Part shown: positions 53,221 to 64,000 of the stretch, piece after piece
How the letters are laid out: each line of letters begins with the position of its first letter
Position numbering within the stretch: position 1 is the first letter of the stretch
The notes under the pieces: generated by a model
What the model was told of the DNA's origin: nothing
Database searches by the model: none
What the model saw: the letters and a program-made list of their open reading frames with translations, nothing else
Position numbers and translations under genes: made by a program
NCBI GenBank assembly: GCA_009103225.1
Contig: RHPI01001965.1
Location: 15,114 to 79,113 of the forward strand
Length of the DNA: 64,000 nucleotides
Source: Chlorokybus atmophyticus
Lineage: Eukaryota; Plantae; Mesostigma and Chlorokybus algae
Direction: 5' to 3'

Positions 53221-53310
53221 ATAGTACGATGCTCCCATTGTGACGATGGCACAATCGTACCGTCAAAACGGTACGATTGTGCCATCGTCACAATGGGAGC
53301 ATCGTACTAT
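53221..53310. repeat. Perfect 43-bp-arm palindrome with a 4-nt loop
   Basis: ATAGTACGATGCTCCCATTGTGACGATGGCACAATCGTACCGT-CAAA-ACGGTACGATTGTGCCATCGTCACAATGGGAGCATCGTACTAT. Confidence 0.97.
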
Positions 53311-54269
53311 GTCAACAACACATTAAATGCATCGTATAAAAGTCACGACTTGCCGGCAATACAGCGACAAGTAGGAACTGCCGGTCACTTGCTTGTCGCT
53401 AAAAGACCGCTGCCGCGCATGACATGCTACGGTTAGGTGACGACCGACAGTCGGCTGGAACCACAAGTCATTATAAGGCGACTTGCTTGCCACAACAGGC
53501 AGGCCGCCGTGACGGCCAAGCTACGCTTAACGGTCGGCCGTCACTGCAAAGTTACGCGCTTGCCATTTCAGGTAGGCCGCCGTTACTTGTGTACTATCAA
53601 CCATAGATTGGCCATCAACAACAGTCCACAATAGCCGACGGCAGACCCAACAGTCAAAAAGCGACATTTCATGCACGGTCAGGCACCCGTCAGTCCCTCA
53701 GTCCCTGGTCAGTCATTGTGTAAAATTTACGACATTGCTATATAGACAGTCACTTGAATGATGCCATGTGACACTGACAACACATGAGTGTTATTGATGT
53801 AGCAGTCATGATATAAGCTGGACAGTAAGCTGTCAGTCACATGACATCAACACTTGGCTAGAGTGTGCAAATGAGTGTTGCACGACAGTCAGTGACCATT
53901 CCATTCATTGCCTCGTATAACATTGTCTGTGCGTTGTCCTGATTGTCAATGATGCCTTGTACAATGTTGACAGCTGTTATTTGACAGTATATAACTGTCT
54001 GTGACTGCCTTTCATAGTAACATGCGCAGGTTATGTCATTATATCATCTATATGGCATGACCATTACTGTAACTGATGCCACGTGCAATTGTGGTTACTA
54101 TTATGCCAGTGTCAATCACAATCAATGACTTTGACTGATAGTGGCATGCACAGGCGGTAACCACATTGTTGCACGTTCACAGACCACATTTTTGCACGTT
54201 CACCAACCTAACAACTAAGCTCACAATTGACAAGCAACACGTTCCCACCCTCAGTGGCAGCATAAGGCC

Positions 54270-56140
54270 TACTAGTAGCTACAACACCTAGTAAAACACG
54301 ATGTACAACTTGTTGAACTTGACGGAGGGGGAGGACATGGCACCATGCACGCGTGCTCAGAGCTGGTCGAGGCAGGTGACGACGGGGGCCTCCCACTTGG
54401 CCTTCTTCTTCAGCTCCATCCTTGAAGGCCCACGTAGGAAGGTGGCCTCGTTGGCTGCAGCTTCCATCAGCAAGCGCTCTCGTGCGATGATGGCGTTTTG
54501 CAGATCGTTGTCCTCTGCTAAAAGTCACCTCTCGCCTGCCATCCACTTTTGCCTTTGCTCCCGGGGGCGAGGGGGGGTGGTTGGTTGAGTGCGTGCGCGT
54601 GTGTGCTGCTACTGTGCGTGCTGCTGCCGTGCATGCGTGCTGTGCGTGTGAGTGTGTGTGCACACTCTTACCGCAATCTCAAGGTAGCCCAAGTTGCAAG
54701 TGATGGCGTAGATGTGCCACTCGGGGATGCGCTCAGTCGCACAACCAGTGCCGTTGAAGACTGCGCGGCACACCTTCCTCCGTTCTTCTCGACCCCAAGG
54801 GTCATCACCGTCGACGCAGTATCTGTCACCTGCAACATCAACACATTGTTACTAAGATAACACTAGTGGCGACGTACACAAGGCATTGCAGCTTGCAACA
54901 TACCTATAAGTTGCTCACAGCAACTTACTTACCAGTCAGCCATTGGTCGGAGGTGTGAGGAGTGGAGTAAATGACACCGATGCACCTTTTGAGGGTGGAG
55001 GATATCACGCCCTTCTTGATGCCATGGATGCAGCGGCACGCGATTTCAACAATGCGCGGCCCCGCGAACTCTGCCATTGAAGACACGCACATGAGAGAGA
55101 GAGGGAGGGAGNAGACCTGGAAGAGAGAGGGGGGGGGTGGGGGTGGGGGGGTAGACTTGCCAAGCGGAAGGCGCCGCGTGCAGGATTGATAAAGGACCAT
55201 CGTGTACAAGCATGTGCTCCAGCGTGCGGACGTGGGGCCCTTGTTGTAGTGCATGAGGTGGCTCAGCAACTTGTCGGCACAATTCTGTGTGAACAAAGCA
55301 CAAGTGGACAAGCAACGGTGCAGCATCAGCTTTATTAAGTGCGCCGTTGTACAGCAACTGCTGCACATCGCTGCAGCTACTGCTGCTGTTGTTGATTGCA
55401 TCAGCAGCATCAACTGCAGCAACCAAACAACACTGCAGCTGAATGCTGCAAGAGCAAGTGTGCATACTGATGCACTTCACATACTTAGCAATGAGACGAG
55501 CTTACGTTGATGTGTGGGTCGTTCTTTGCGAAGCTTCTCCATGAGCTCTGCTCAACATCTGCTCATCCTCAGGGTCGACATGCGGAGCGGGTGCCGGAAG
55601 GTTGTTGACAGGAGGTGGGGGTGGTGGAGAACCGTATTGTGCGCCAGCAGGGTTGGGTATAGCAAACTGCGGGGGCGGGGGGGGGGGCAAGGAGTATGAG
55701 GGAAAGGTGGTTGGAGTAGTCCGCACGGCGTTGATGATCTCGAAAATCATGGCGCCAAGCATCTGCCGAATCATCTCCGCCATGTCACTTAAAGCTGCAA
55801 AGTTCTACAAGCATACATGCAATAAGATGGCATGACGTGTAGATAACACAAGGGGTTCATGTGTGCGTGCGAGCATGCGTGACATGTCACACTTACATTG
55901 CCATTGGCAGCTTGCTCTGACTGCCTGGGATATGAGGAGCTGACGGAGTTGTTGTTGTTGTTGCGTCCAAGGTTGGGGTGATTGCAAGGGGGCGGGTGGG
56001 GCGGTCAATGATGGCTTTGGCACGCTTTGCGGCTTGCGCGATGAACATTCGCCTAGACCAACGACCTGCTTGCCCCTCCTGCGCTTGGTTGCCTCCGCCT
56101 CTTGCGCCTCCTACTCTGCATGCCAAATTGGCATTGTCAT
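54270..56140 (-). pseudogene. Unknown multi-exon gene relic with a Pro-rich exon
   Basis: GT/AG-bounded blocks: MAEMIRQMLGAM...PPPPPP, GDRYCVDGDDPWGREERRKVCRAVFNG..., and AEDNDLQNAIIARERLLMEAA...DQL* (internal stop). No family recognised. Confidence 0.3.
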
Positions 56141-56223
56141 GCAGAGCGTTAAAATCCTCGTCCTTAAGCTCACCCAGCGCATCAATTGCATCAAACAAGT
56201 GTGTCAAAGTCCCCAACCACACA

Positions 56224-57975
56224 GGCAGCTGCAGCTGCATACTTCTTGGCAATATACCAGCGAGGGACGGTTGATGTCGTGCAATGGCTTGCAAACGAAG
56301 CCGCACAAGGGAGAGTGCGGGCCGTGCGTTTCCTGACGCCATGCCATTCATCGCCACTGTACTACGCCGTCCACGCTCCCGTGCAGCTTCGCATCCTTGA
56401 CTGCTTTGCAAGGTACGGTGTGAGTGAAAGTCCCTAAGGGTGACCACCAACGACAATACTTAAAAAAAAACATGCTATAAGAATCCTCGCTAAAATGATG
56501 ATTTTGGCTTCTGTTCGTGCGCGCGTCCGTGCGTCCTTTTGCCAACAGCGATAAAGATGGCTACATCGATGAAGCCAATCGCTTCAAGCTGGACCCGCTT
56601 TCTTACTTGTACGCTTCATACGCCATCACCCATCACCTCAACCCAAGATAGAAATTTGCGGTGTTGGTGCGGCCTCGATGACAGCGCCAACACCATACCG
56701 GATATGCAGCAGGGCTGCAAGTTAGTTTTTCTCCCGAGCCACTTTGTCCTCTTTGACGGCACCATCCCGCACGTGTCGGGCTTTCTTCAAGAGCACGGGT
56801 ACACGCCCACCGCGGCGTTCCCGCACGCGCAGTTTGTTGTGGATAGAGAGTGTCAAGCCGTCGTGCATGTGTTTCAGAGACAACCACAAACGTTTTTATG
56901 AGAATGAGTACATGTGGTTGCAAGTGCGTAGCGGCTTGCATCCCCAATGCAATTCTATTCAAGTGCAATTTAACTCAGCTGCTTGCATGACTTCGGCCAG
57001 CCACAGCATTCAGATCATCAATAGCGACAGACAGGTCTGCACAAAAAAAGTTGATAGAGTTGATGGAATAAGCCGGAGGATGCTATAGGTACCAATGTTG
57101 ATCATGTTGACGTACAGTTCATGAGGTCCGGCATAGCCCAGCCCTACCTTTTCATGTAGCTGCATTTGTATGCTGGCTGGTATGCTTGCTGCGGCGACGG
57201 CTTGGGCCTGACCATCACAGAGGCGGTTGTAAAGTAATATTACGGCTTCTACAAGGATGGTGAACTTGTTGTTGCAATATACTGAGCTATTGTACGGACA
57301 CACCAGGACTCAACTACCCAGCGAAAGTGAACACAAAACTGTACACTATTCATTACAATGCAATATCTGTACACTAACCCTTGGCTTCTACATTAAATAC
57401 AAACTCCTGTACTCTCCACACGCCATCATCACCCTAATACTGTTTAAAGAACGATACATGCAAGTCGTCTTGCACCGCAATGACTATATCGCCTCTGGTG
57501 CCATACGCAGCCTGCGAACAACCACTGCTCAATGACCACATGCTGAGGCAATGGACTGCGTTTACTAATAAACTATGTTAACACAAGTATGTACAGCTAG
57601 ACTTTATTATGTCAACAATAAGCACCAATGCCAAGCTTCAGTCGTACCTCATCTATGTCCCCTTGCACGAAGATTGAACTCAACATCTTTTTAATGTGCT
57701 CCGGGTAGCCAGTTTGCTGCCTAGACAAGTCATTTACCCGCTCAGTGTCCTGTGACACAGAAGGAAGCATACTTATATGTGATGGTAACATTGCACAATA
57801 GCAATGAAATTTTGAAGGGCAGCATGAGAACAAAGTCAACGACAACTGTTACCCACCTGCAGCACCTTTTTCACAAGCCTCTTTGCGAGTTTTGTTTCAT
57901 GGTCGTTGCCTGCGCTTTGTGCTTCAAGCACATCTTCAAACAAGCTTCGCCCTTTTGAGACCTGTGCAACCACAC
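56224..57975. pseudogene. Direct duplicate of the PIGB last exons (+) and the TANGO2 last exons (-)
   Basis: Matches ~12060-13790. PIGB segments are YQRGTVDVVQWL..., DEANRFKLDP and LPSHFVLFDG (frameshift between the ORFs). The TANGO2 final exon has YGTRGD with in-frame stops. No 5' exons of either gene lie nearby. Confidence 0.9.
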
Positions 57976-58919
57976 AGGTTGAGTGGACAGGTTGCACTGT
58001 GTATTTGACTACTTGTTGCATATATTCCCTGGTGATGTTGGTGTGATGATAGCAAGCTGACCAATTAGACGACGCGTAACATCTGTTCATGAAAAATGCC
58101 GAAGAGACGCTGATTGAGAGTTATAGCACCTGTGTGCATTGATAACTGCTAATGCAACGTCAAGTCAGATCTTGGTAGTTGCGTACGGTGTCTAATGTTG
58201 GTACTTCTCTCAAGATCTGTGACACGCTGGAACATGCTTGTATACATTCGTCTACAAGTAGTGAAATCCCTAATGTGGCAGTGGTAACCGGGACGTTCTT
58301 GCGGCAGGAGTGCTGTGAGGTGTGCTGAGTGATGCTAGACAGCGGCAACAGCGCGATGTGACCTGTGTACATGTGTTGATTGTATTATGTCATCAGCGCC
58401 TTGAAATCATTGGAAGCGCAGCTCATGCACATGTCGTGGTGAGAGCAAGCTTGTGATGTGCATAGCTGTGATTTATTGGTTCGGTTCACTTGACTGTGCA
58501 CAACCCAAATGCATCGTCAATGCTGTCATTGCATTGTGTGGCAAACTCCGTCCCTCAAATCCGTTTCTTGGCAGAGTGCATATATTTGACTGACTGACAG
58601 ACAGACATGCAACAGTCATCACGTACAGTAGCAACCTTTGCATGCTGTCCGGTAAAGATGGCCTGGTAAGTACAGAGTCCGCCGTTTGGAGACTTTGTTT
58701 CTACCACTGCGTTGCTGAATGTGCTTAGTGATACGTCTAGCTATCACGCTAAGCCCATATACCCTCTCTGAACAACTTGCTTCTCACGGTGCTGTCTTGT
58801 AGCTTCCCTCGCCTGCAACACTACGTGCCTTTGCAGTTGAGGCGACAGCCAAAGCCGACACGTACACATGCAGCGGGACGCCTGACCCCCAGCAATTACT
58901 CAAACAAACAGCAACGTTC

Positions 58920-59400
58920 AGCGTACCTTGTGCTTGGGGCATTATCATGGTTGCCATGAAATTGTATGCATTGGGCGGGAGGATGTTGTCTAGGACAGCA
59001 TCTCTGAGAGCCTGTTTGATAACGGTTTCATCGACATCCGCCATGGCCTTGCCAGGAAGTCTTTGGCACTCAGAACTCATAAAGTCGCTGTCGCTCTGAC
59101 CAGATGATAACCTCTGACCTGCTTCATGTCAGTCACCTTCCTTGCTCGCCATGTATGTGTCGAGCATTGCGCAAATCACGGGTCGGATCATCGGCTGGAA
59201 GGCGATCAGGATTGCAAGGATCATCACTGGTGCGCTTGGGCGGGCAGGGTCTAGAGCAGCTTGCTGCTGGGGTCAACAATGACCCACTCCTGGCTGTCCG
59301 TGTACCTGACGCGGAGCTCCCCGACGTCGCTGTAGTCCAGCGTGATGTAACAATGGGACCTCTGAGAACATGCAGGACGTGGTCAGGACCTGATTGAAGA
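58920..59400 (-). pseudogene. Family-X paralogue 2, internally deleted
   Basis: FFNQVLTTSCMFSEV...ITLDYSDVG...YTDSQEW...KLL* joined directly to sequence (59420-59500) homologous to the 5' flank of paralogue 3 (61560-61650). Confidence 0.8.
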
Positions 59401-60144
59401 GTGCGTCGCAGCTATAATGCACGGGCGCAAGGAAGCGCACGCCCTGCAAAGCAAGGCACGCTGCTTAGTTGTTGCGCAGTGTCACACGCGATGTGTGGCA
59501 GCAGCCATCACAGGAAGCCACGCAAAGTGTGGAACCAACCGTCAGGAGGAGCATGGCAAGTGCTGCACTGGACACTCTAGACGCGACACGTAAGTGCATG
59601 GAGCTGAGCAACTCAAATGCATGCGTGTCGAACAATAGCATTAAACAGATGCAGAAACACGTGTACATCTGATTTCCACGACAGCACTTTGCAAACTGAA
59701 GCCATTGTTGTGACAGAACGCATTCGATTGACTGGCAGACAGACACTTCCAGACGGGGGGAGCTGAAGGGTTGCTTACTGACTATGTTCTAACACGCACA
59801 GCAACAATCTTGTCATCAGCGCCCAATATGCAAGGCCTGGTGTACAAGCGCAAAATGTGCTGTTTTATTCCTACTACTGTGTGACTACAAGTGCTTGCTA
59901 TACGCACGTCTTTCACGCTCTGCGTCCATAGACTCTGTGGAGATAGCCTGTCCCAGAGTCCTCGGTACTGGTGACATTAACCTGCAGCAAAACGTGCCTA
60001 AGCGAAGTTAATGCAATTTTCTCGCACCAGCGCAGGCCCACGCACATGACCTATATGCAGCATGCAGTTGCAGACACGTACGCCTGCAGCGGGACGCCTC
60101 AACCCAGCAAACTTGAAGGTTTCAACAGCTACTTCAGCTTACCT

Positions 60145-61344
60145 CTATGGCTTCACGTTCTGCACCGTCACCGAGAACTTGGTGTTCGCTGGGAGTTTGG
60201 TCGAATTTGGCTTCATTCCAAAGGTGACGTTCTGCTGCGCGTCTTTCAGAGCCTGTTCGACAGCAGCGTGGGGGTCCTCCCTGACCACGGCCACAGTAAA
60301 ACTCATGGTCCGGCCGTCGTCTGACCAAGTCATAGTCTCTGCATTCACGGCGAGGACCTTCCGCGCCACGTAGGCGCTGAGCGCTGCCCGGATCACAGGC
60401 TGGATGGGGAATGTGAACTGGACTACTGCTACTAACACTCCGATCGAAGCCGGGTCGACCTGCTGATTTAGAGGTCCGTGCGGACCCGCGGCGACCACGG
60501 CCATCTTCGCGTACTCGTCCGCGTCCATCTCCCCAAATGCGGTGCGGCGCTTGGTCGGCAGGATTTGAAGCAGCTTGCCGGATTTGGGGTCGGAGATTAC
60601 CCACTGCATCGTGTCCGTGTAGGTGACGTTGTAGTCCCCAACCTCGCTGTAGTCCAGTGTGATGTAATTGCCGCTGACCTCCTCAAACATGCAGCTGGTC
60701 GTCAGGACCTGATCAAAGAATGCCATGATAGTCTCCTTGGGCTCCAGCGTGATGCGGCCCAGAATCGCGGGGCTCTTTGCCACGTAGAAGGGTTTGTACT
60801 CGTCGTTGACCATCGCGTTGACGCCTGCGCAGATCAGGCCCTTCTGGTTGTCCACATAGAATGGACCCGTTGATGCCGGGGTGCCTGCGTCATGCACAGA
60901 GGCGCAGCATCTGTGAGCTGAGCGACATGCAGCTTCGACATGTGCAAGCACTTACGGACGTATAGGCTACACCGCAGGCAGCGACACCCGTACTCTGCTC
61001 TCGTGCGAGCATGCACACACGCCTGCATGACAAGTACCTGATTGAGGCATGAGGTTGCCGTCTTTGGTGAGAACGCAGGTCATGCCCGGCTGGATGTCCT
61101 GGACATCGGTGGTGGCCCGCACGAGAGCACCGGATGTGAAGCTCTCTTGCCCGAAGACCTGGAAACTGTCCTGCCACTCGAACAGGTTGGAGTTAAGCAG
61201 GTCGTCCATGCCCAGCCAGATGACGTTGAAGTCCTTGTCGCCGAGCTTCTTCGCGATGCAGAGCCTGTAGCCGCCATCCTTGAGTGTGTCCAACATCTTG
61301 TCAGAGATGGCCACGGTGAGACTCTTGGATTGGGGTTGAGCCAT
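60145..61344 (-). CDS. Family-X paralogue 3, intact, 2 coding exons (61344-61038, 60884-60145), 348 aa, uncharacterised
   Basis: A phase-1 intron (TCAG|GTACTT...ACGCAG|GC) gives a 1047-nt CDS: MAQPQSKSLTVAISDK...YRLCIAKKLGD.DFNVIW...WQDSFQVFG...GPFYVDN...PFYVA...LEPKETI..FF...TTSCMF...VKP*. Confidence 0.88.
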
Positions 61345-62139
61345 GCTGCGTACAAGAACAACCACATAGGTCAACGTGAATCGTGACTTTGCCAGACGGT
61401 GCCACCGTCAACAGAACAGCCTGGCATATTCATGGCACGCGCGCGTTGCAGCAACATGCCGACTTAGCACTTGTGGCTTACTTGGGGCTGGGAAATGTGG
61501 CTGCGATGAGAGCTACGTTGACGAGCAAGAGTGCAGTGGCGCAAGCAACCAACCGCAGGAGCACGCGCACGCCCTGGCTTGCAAACAAGGCACGCTGGTT
61601 AGCTGTTGCTGTGCAGTGGCACACACTTCACACAGCAGTCATCACAACGAACCAAGCTCATCTCAATGCATGCAGTTGTTTCGCTCAACATGAATGAAAT
61701 TGGAAGTGCACTGGACTAATACGTATGCATGCCCAGCGTTGGCATCATACAGACACAGAGTGACAACGCAGCGTGCAGCACAAACCAAGCGCTTGAATGA
61801 GTTGCAGCACACAGCAAAGCAGATTGCAACCGTTACCTTACAACGTCGGCACGCTGCTGCGGAGTAGGAGCCGGACAGAAGAGCTCGTCCCGACAGAAAC
61901 GCTCTACACTTACCTTGCCTGCCGCTGGCATGCGGCATTTATAGGGCATTGCCTGAGGCTGTGGCTGAGGCTCAGGCGTCGTCATCGTGCCCTCCGGCCC
62001 ACCCGCCACCTGCCGCATTTCGCGTTGGACAATGTCATGCAGTAGTCTTGCTGCGAACCGGTCATGGATGGCAGCCTCTGCACGCGTCGCCTACCGCTAC
62101 TGCCGGGAGCGCGTCGGTCAAACCCGAGGCAAACGGGCC

Positions 62140-62415
62140 ATACCCTCGCAGTAGTTAGAGTCTGACTCATAAAACGCGTGTCCGCCAATAGTTGCTTAGC
62201 ACCTCTCAGCTGTTGGCCAGGCCAACTTGGCCTTGCTCTCGCGGTAGGAGTCTGACTACTCTAGCGCGGCTTAGCGGTAGAACGCTGAGACATGCTGACT
62301 CACAGTTCTATTCTTACTCATCAACCGCGTGTCAGCCAAAGCATGTTGTAGCCTCCCCGCACAGTGTCAGCTGTTGGCCTTACTCTCGCAGTACCGGCAG
62401 GAGTCTGACTCATCA
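62140..62415. promoter_or_regulatory. Three repeated CTCGC(A/G)GTA...GAGTCTGACT motifs between the divergent paralogues 3 and 4
   Basis: GAGTCTGACT(C/A) at ~62158, ~62248 and ~62401, each preceded by CTCGC(A/G)GTA; CAGCTGTTGGCC occurs twice. Regulatory role is inferred from position. Confidence 0.55.
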
Positions 62416-63257
62416 TGAATAAGGCATCGGTCCATGTACAGTACATGTGATGTGTATATGTAGTACCTGTGCTGCGCAGGCTGTGTGTATCACTTTGCAT
62501 GATACTGTTCGACAAGAATGCGGCAGGTGTGACGTCCAGATCAACTCTTGCCAACACAGCGTGGCTTGGTAAGACAAAGTCTCCTCAGGAATGACATGTG
62601 AAGTGCGCATGCCGTCAGGGCATGAGGGTAAGCTTAGAGCTTCTCTCGGGGCAAACTGTTCTCTCCTCTCGCCACCGTCCATTTTCTGCTGCGGCAGCCT
62701 GCCGACGTGCTAAGGTAAGCCAGGCGCTCTGCGCCTTGCGTGCGGTTTTGCTGTTGCCGCTCACTCGCGGTTTGGGTGTGTTGCACGCGCTGCGGTTTAC
62801 TCTGTGCTCCAATGTCAATGCAATGCCAACAGTTGACACTGTCACCATATCACATTGACCTGCACAAGTGCAGACGGGTTGAGCTCGACTCGCATGCATG
62901 TGCGTCACGTCTTGAGCGTGGGCCAGTGAAGCACTTGCCACAATAACTCAGTAGTTGCTTGAACTTAGTGGCTTGCTTCCTTATAATTGTGGCTAGTATG
63001 AACTGGGCAGCACAGCTAACAAGCGTGCCTTGTTTTGCCGCAGGGCTTGCTTGTCAATGTAGCCACCAATGCGGCACGTCTCAAGCTCAAGTAAGCCACG
63101 TGTGGGCGGTCAGTTTGTTCCTGCTACGCATTGACGTGTGGGGTTTCATGCAGTCTGCTGCACAACCGGGCACGAGAATGCTACGTGTTTGCCAGGCTGA
63201 CCCTTAAAAACATTTTGATGACTGTCGGTAAATGATGTGGTCGTTCTTGCGTGCAGC

Positions 63258-64000
63258 ATGGCGACCGAGAAGAGTCTCATCGTGGAGATTTCTGAAGTTG
63301 TGCTACCGGTGCTTAGGGCTGGCAGATATAAGCTCTGCATCGCCAAGCAGCTGGGTGACGAGGACTTCAACGTCATATGGCAGAGCATTGACAACCTTTT
63401 CCAATTTAACGAGTTCAGGTGGCAGGACAGTTTTCAAGTCTTTGGGCAAGAGAGATTCTCGCCTGGTAAACTTGTGCGGCCCAATACCGGAGTTCACGAT
63501 GTTCAGCCAGGCATGACCTGCCTTCTCGACAGCAATGCCATTTTGCAAGGTCAACAAGGTACTTCGTGCGTGTATGTGCACGTGTGCGGGCAGTATGCGT
63601 GTGGCTGGCAGCGCTAGTAAGCACACCCTCAACAGCAGCCTCAACATGTGCCAGCACATGTTGAGGCTGCTGATCGCTGACGGATGCTGCACCTCTGTGC
63701 GTGCCCAGGCGCCCCGACAACAACAGGTCCATTCTTTGTGGACAATCGGTTTGGCTTGATCTGCATCGGCGTAAATGCAATGATTAACGGTGAGTACAAG
63801 CCCTTCTACGTGGCAACAAGCCAAGCAATTCTGGGCCGCATCACGCTAGAACCCCAGGAGACTATCAAGGTTTTCTTCAATCGGGTCCTGACGACCAGCT
63901 GCATGTTCAATGAGGTCAGCGGGGAGTTTATCGACATCACGCTGGACTATCGCAAAGTTGACGACCACCATATCGTCTACACGGACAGCATGCACTGGGA
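63258..64000 (+). CDS. Family-X paralogue 4, open to the window end (exon 1 63258-63558, exon 2 from 63709)
   Basis: MATEKSLIVEISE...YKLCIAKQLGDEDFNVIWQ...WQDSFQVFG. It has the same phase-1 intron position as paralogue 3, and exon 2 has no stop up to 64000. Confidence 0.88.

Noticed and set aside
1-64000. Most short ORFs in the supplied track; rRNA, tRNA and telomeric repeats
   Set aside because: Many ORFs start at GTG/TTG or are antisense shadows of spliced genes. I saw no rRNA, tRNA cloverleaf or telomere array by eye; tRNAscan-SE or Infernal would be decisive.

Overview
Intron-rich eukaryotic genomic DNA with GT-AG introns and two N gaps (27614-27694, 40242-40284). It is probably from a green-lineage alga; this is inferred from the plant-like PIGB C-terminus and a chromovirus-type Gypsy, not proven. 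Three housekeeping genes look intact: prefoldin 6, GPI mannosyltransferase 3 (PIGB) and TANGO2/NRDE. They sit among repeat-rich accessory DNA containing: (i) an ~18 kb RNF213/mysterin-like AAA+/RZ-finger E3 ligase gene broken by several stops and frameshifts; (ii) four paralogues of an uncharacterised two-domain protein family, of which one is intact, one is open to the window end and two are decayed; (iii) two inverted ~4.2-4.5 kb copies of a module with an OTU-like cysteine protease gene and a divergent unknown gene either side of an array of GTACGA hairpins; (iv) an intron-containing Crypton-like tyrosine-recombinase element; (v) a chromodomain Gypsy remnant with one LTR, a gag remnant, and a complete 529-bp TRIM with its target-site duplication and a visible empty site; (vi) a decayed duplicate of the PIGB/TANGO2 3' ends; and (vii) a perfect 43-bp-arm palindrome. 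I saw no rRNA, tRNA or CRISPR array. All family assignments come from motif recognition by eye; no database search was run.
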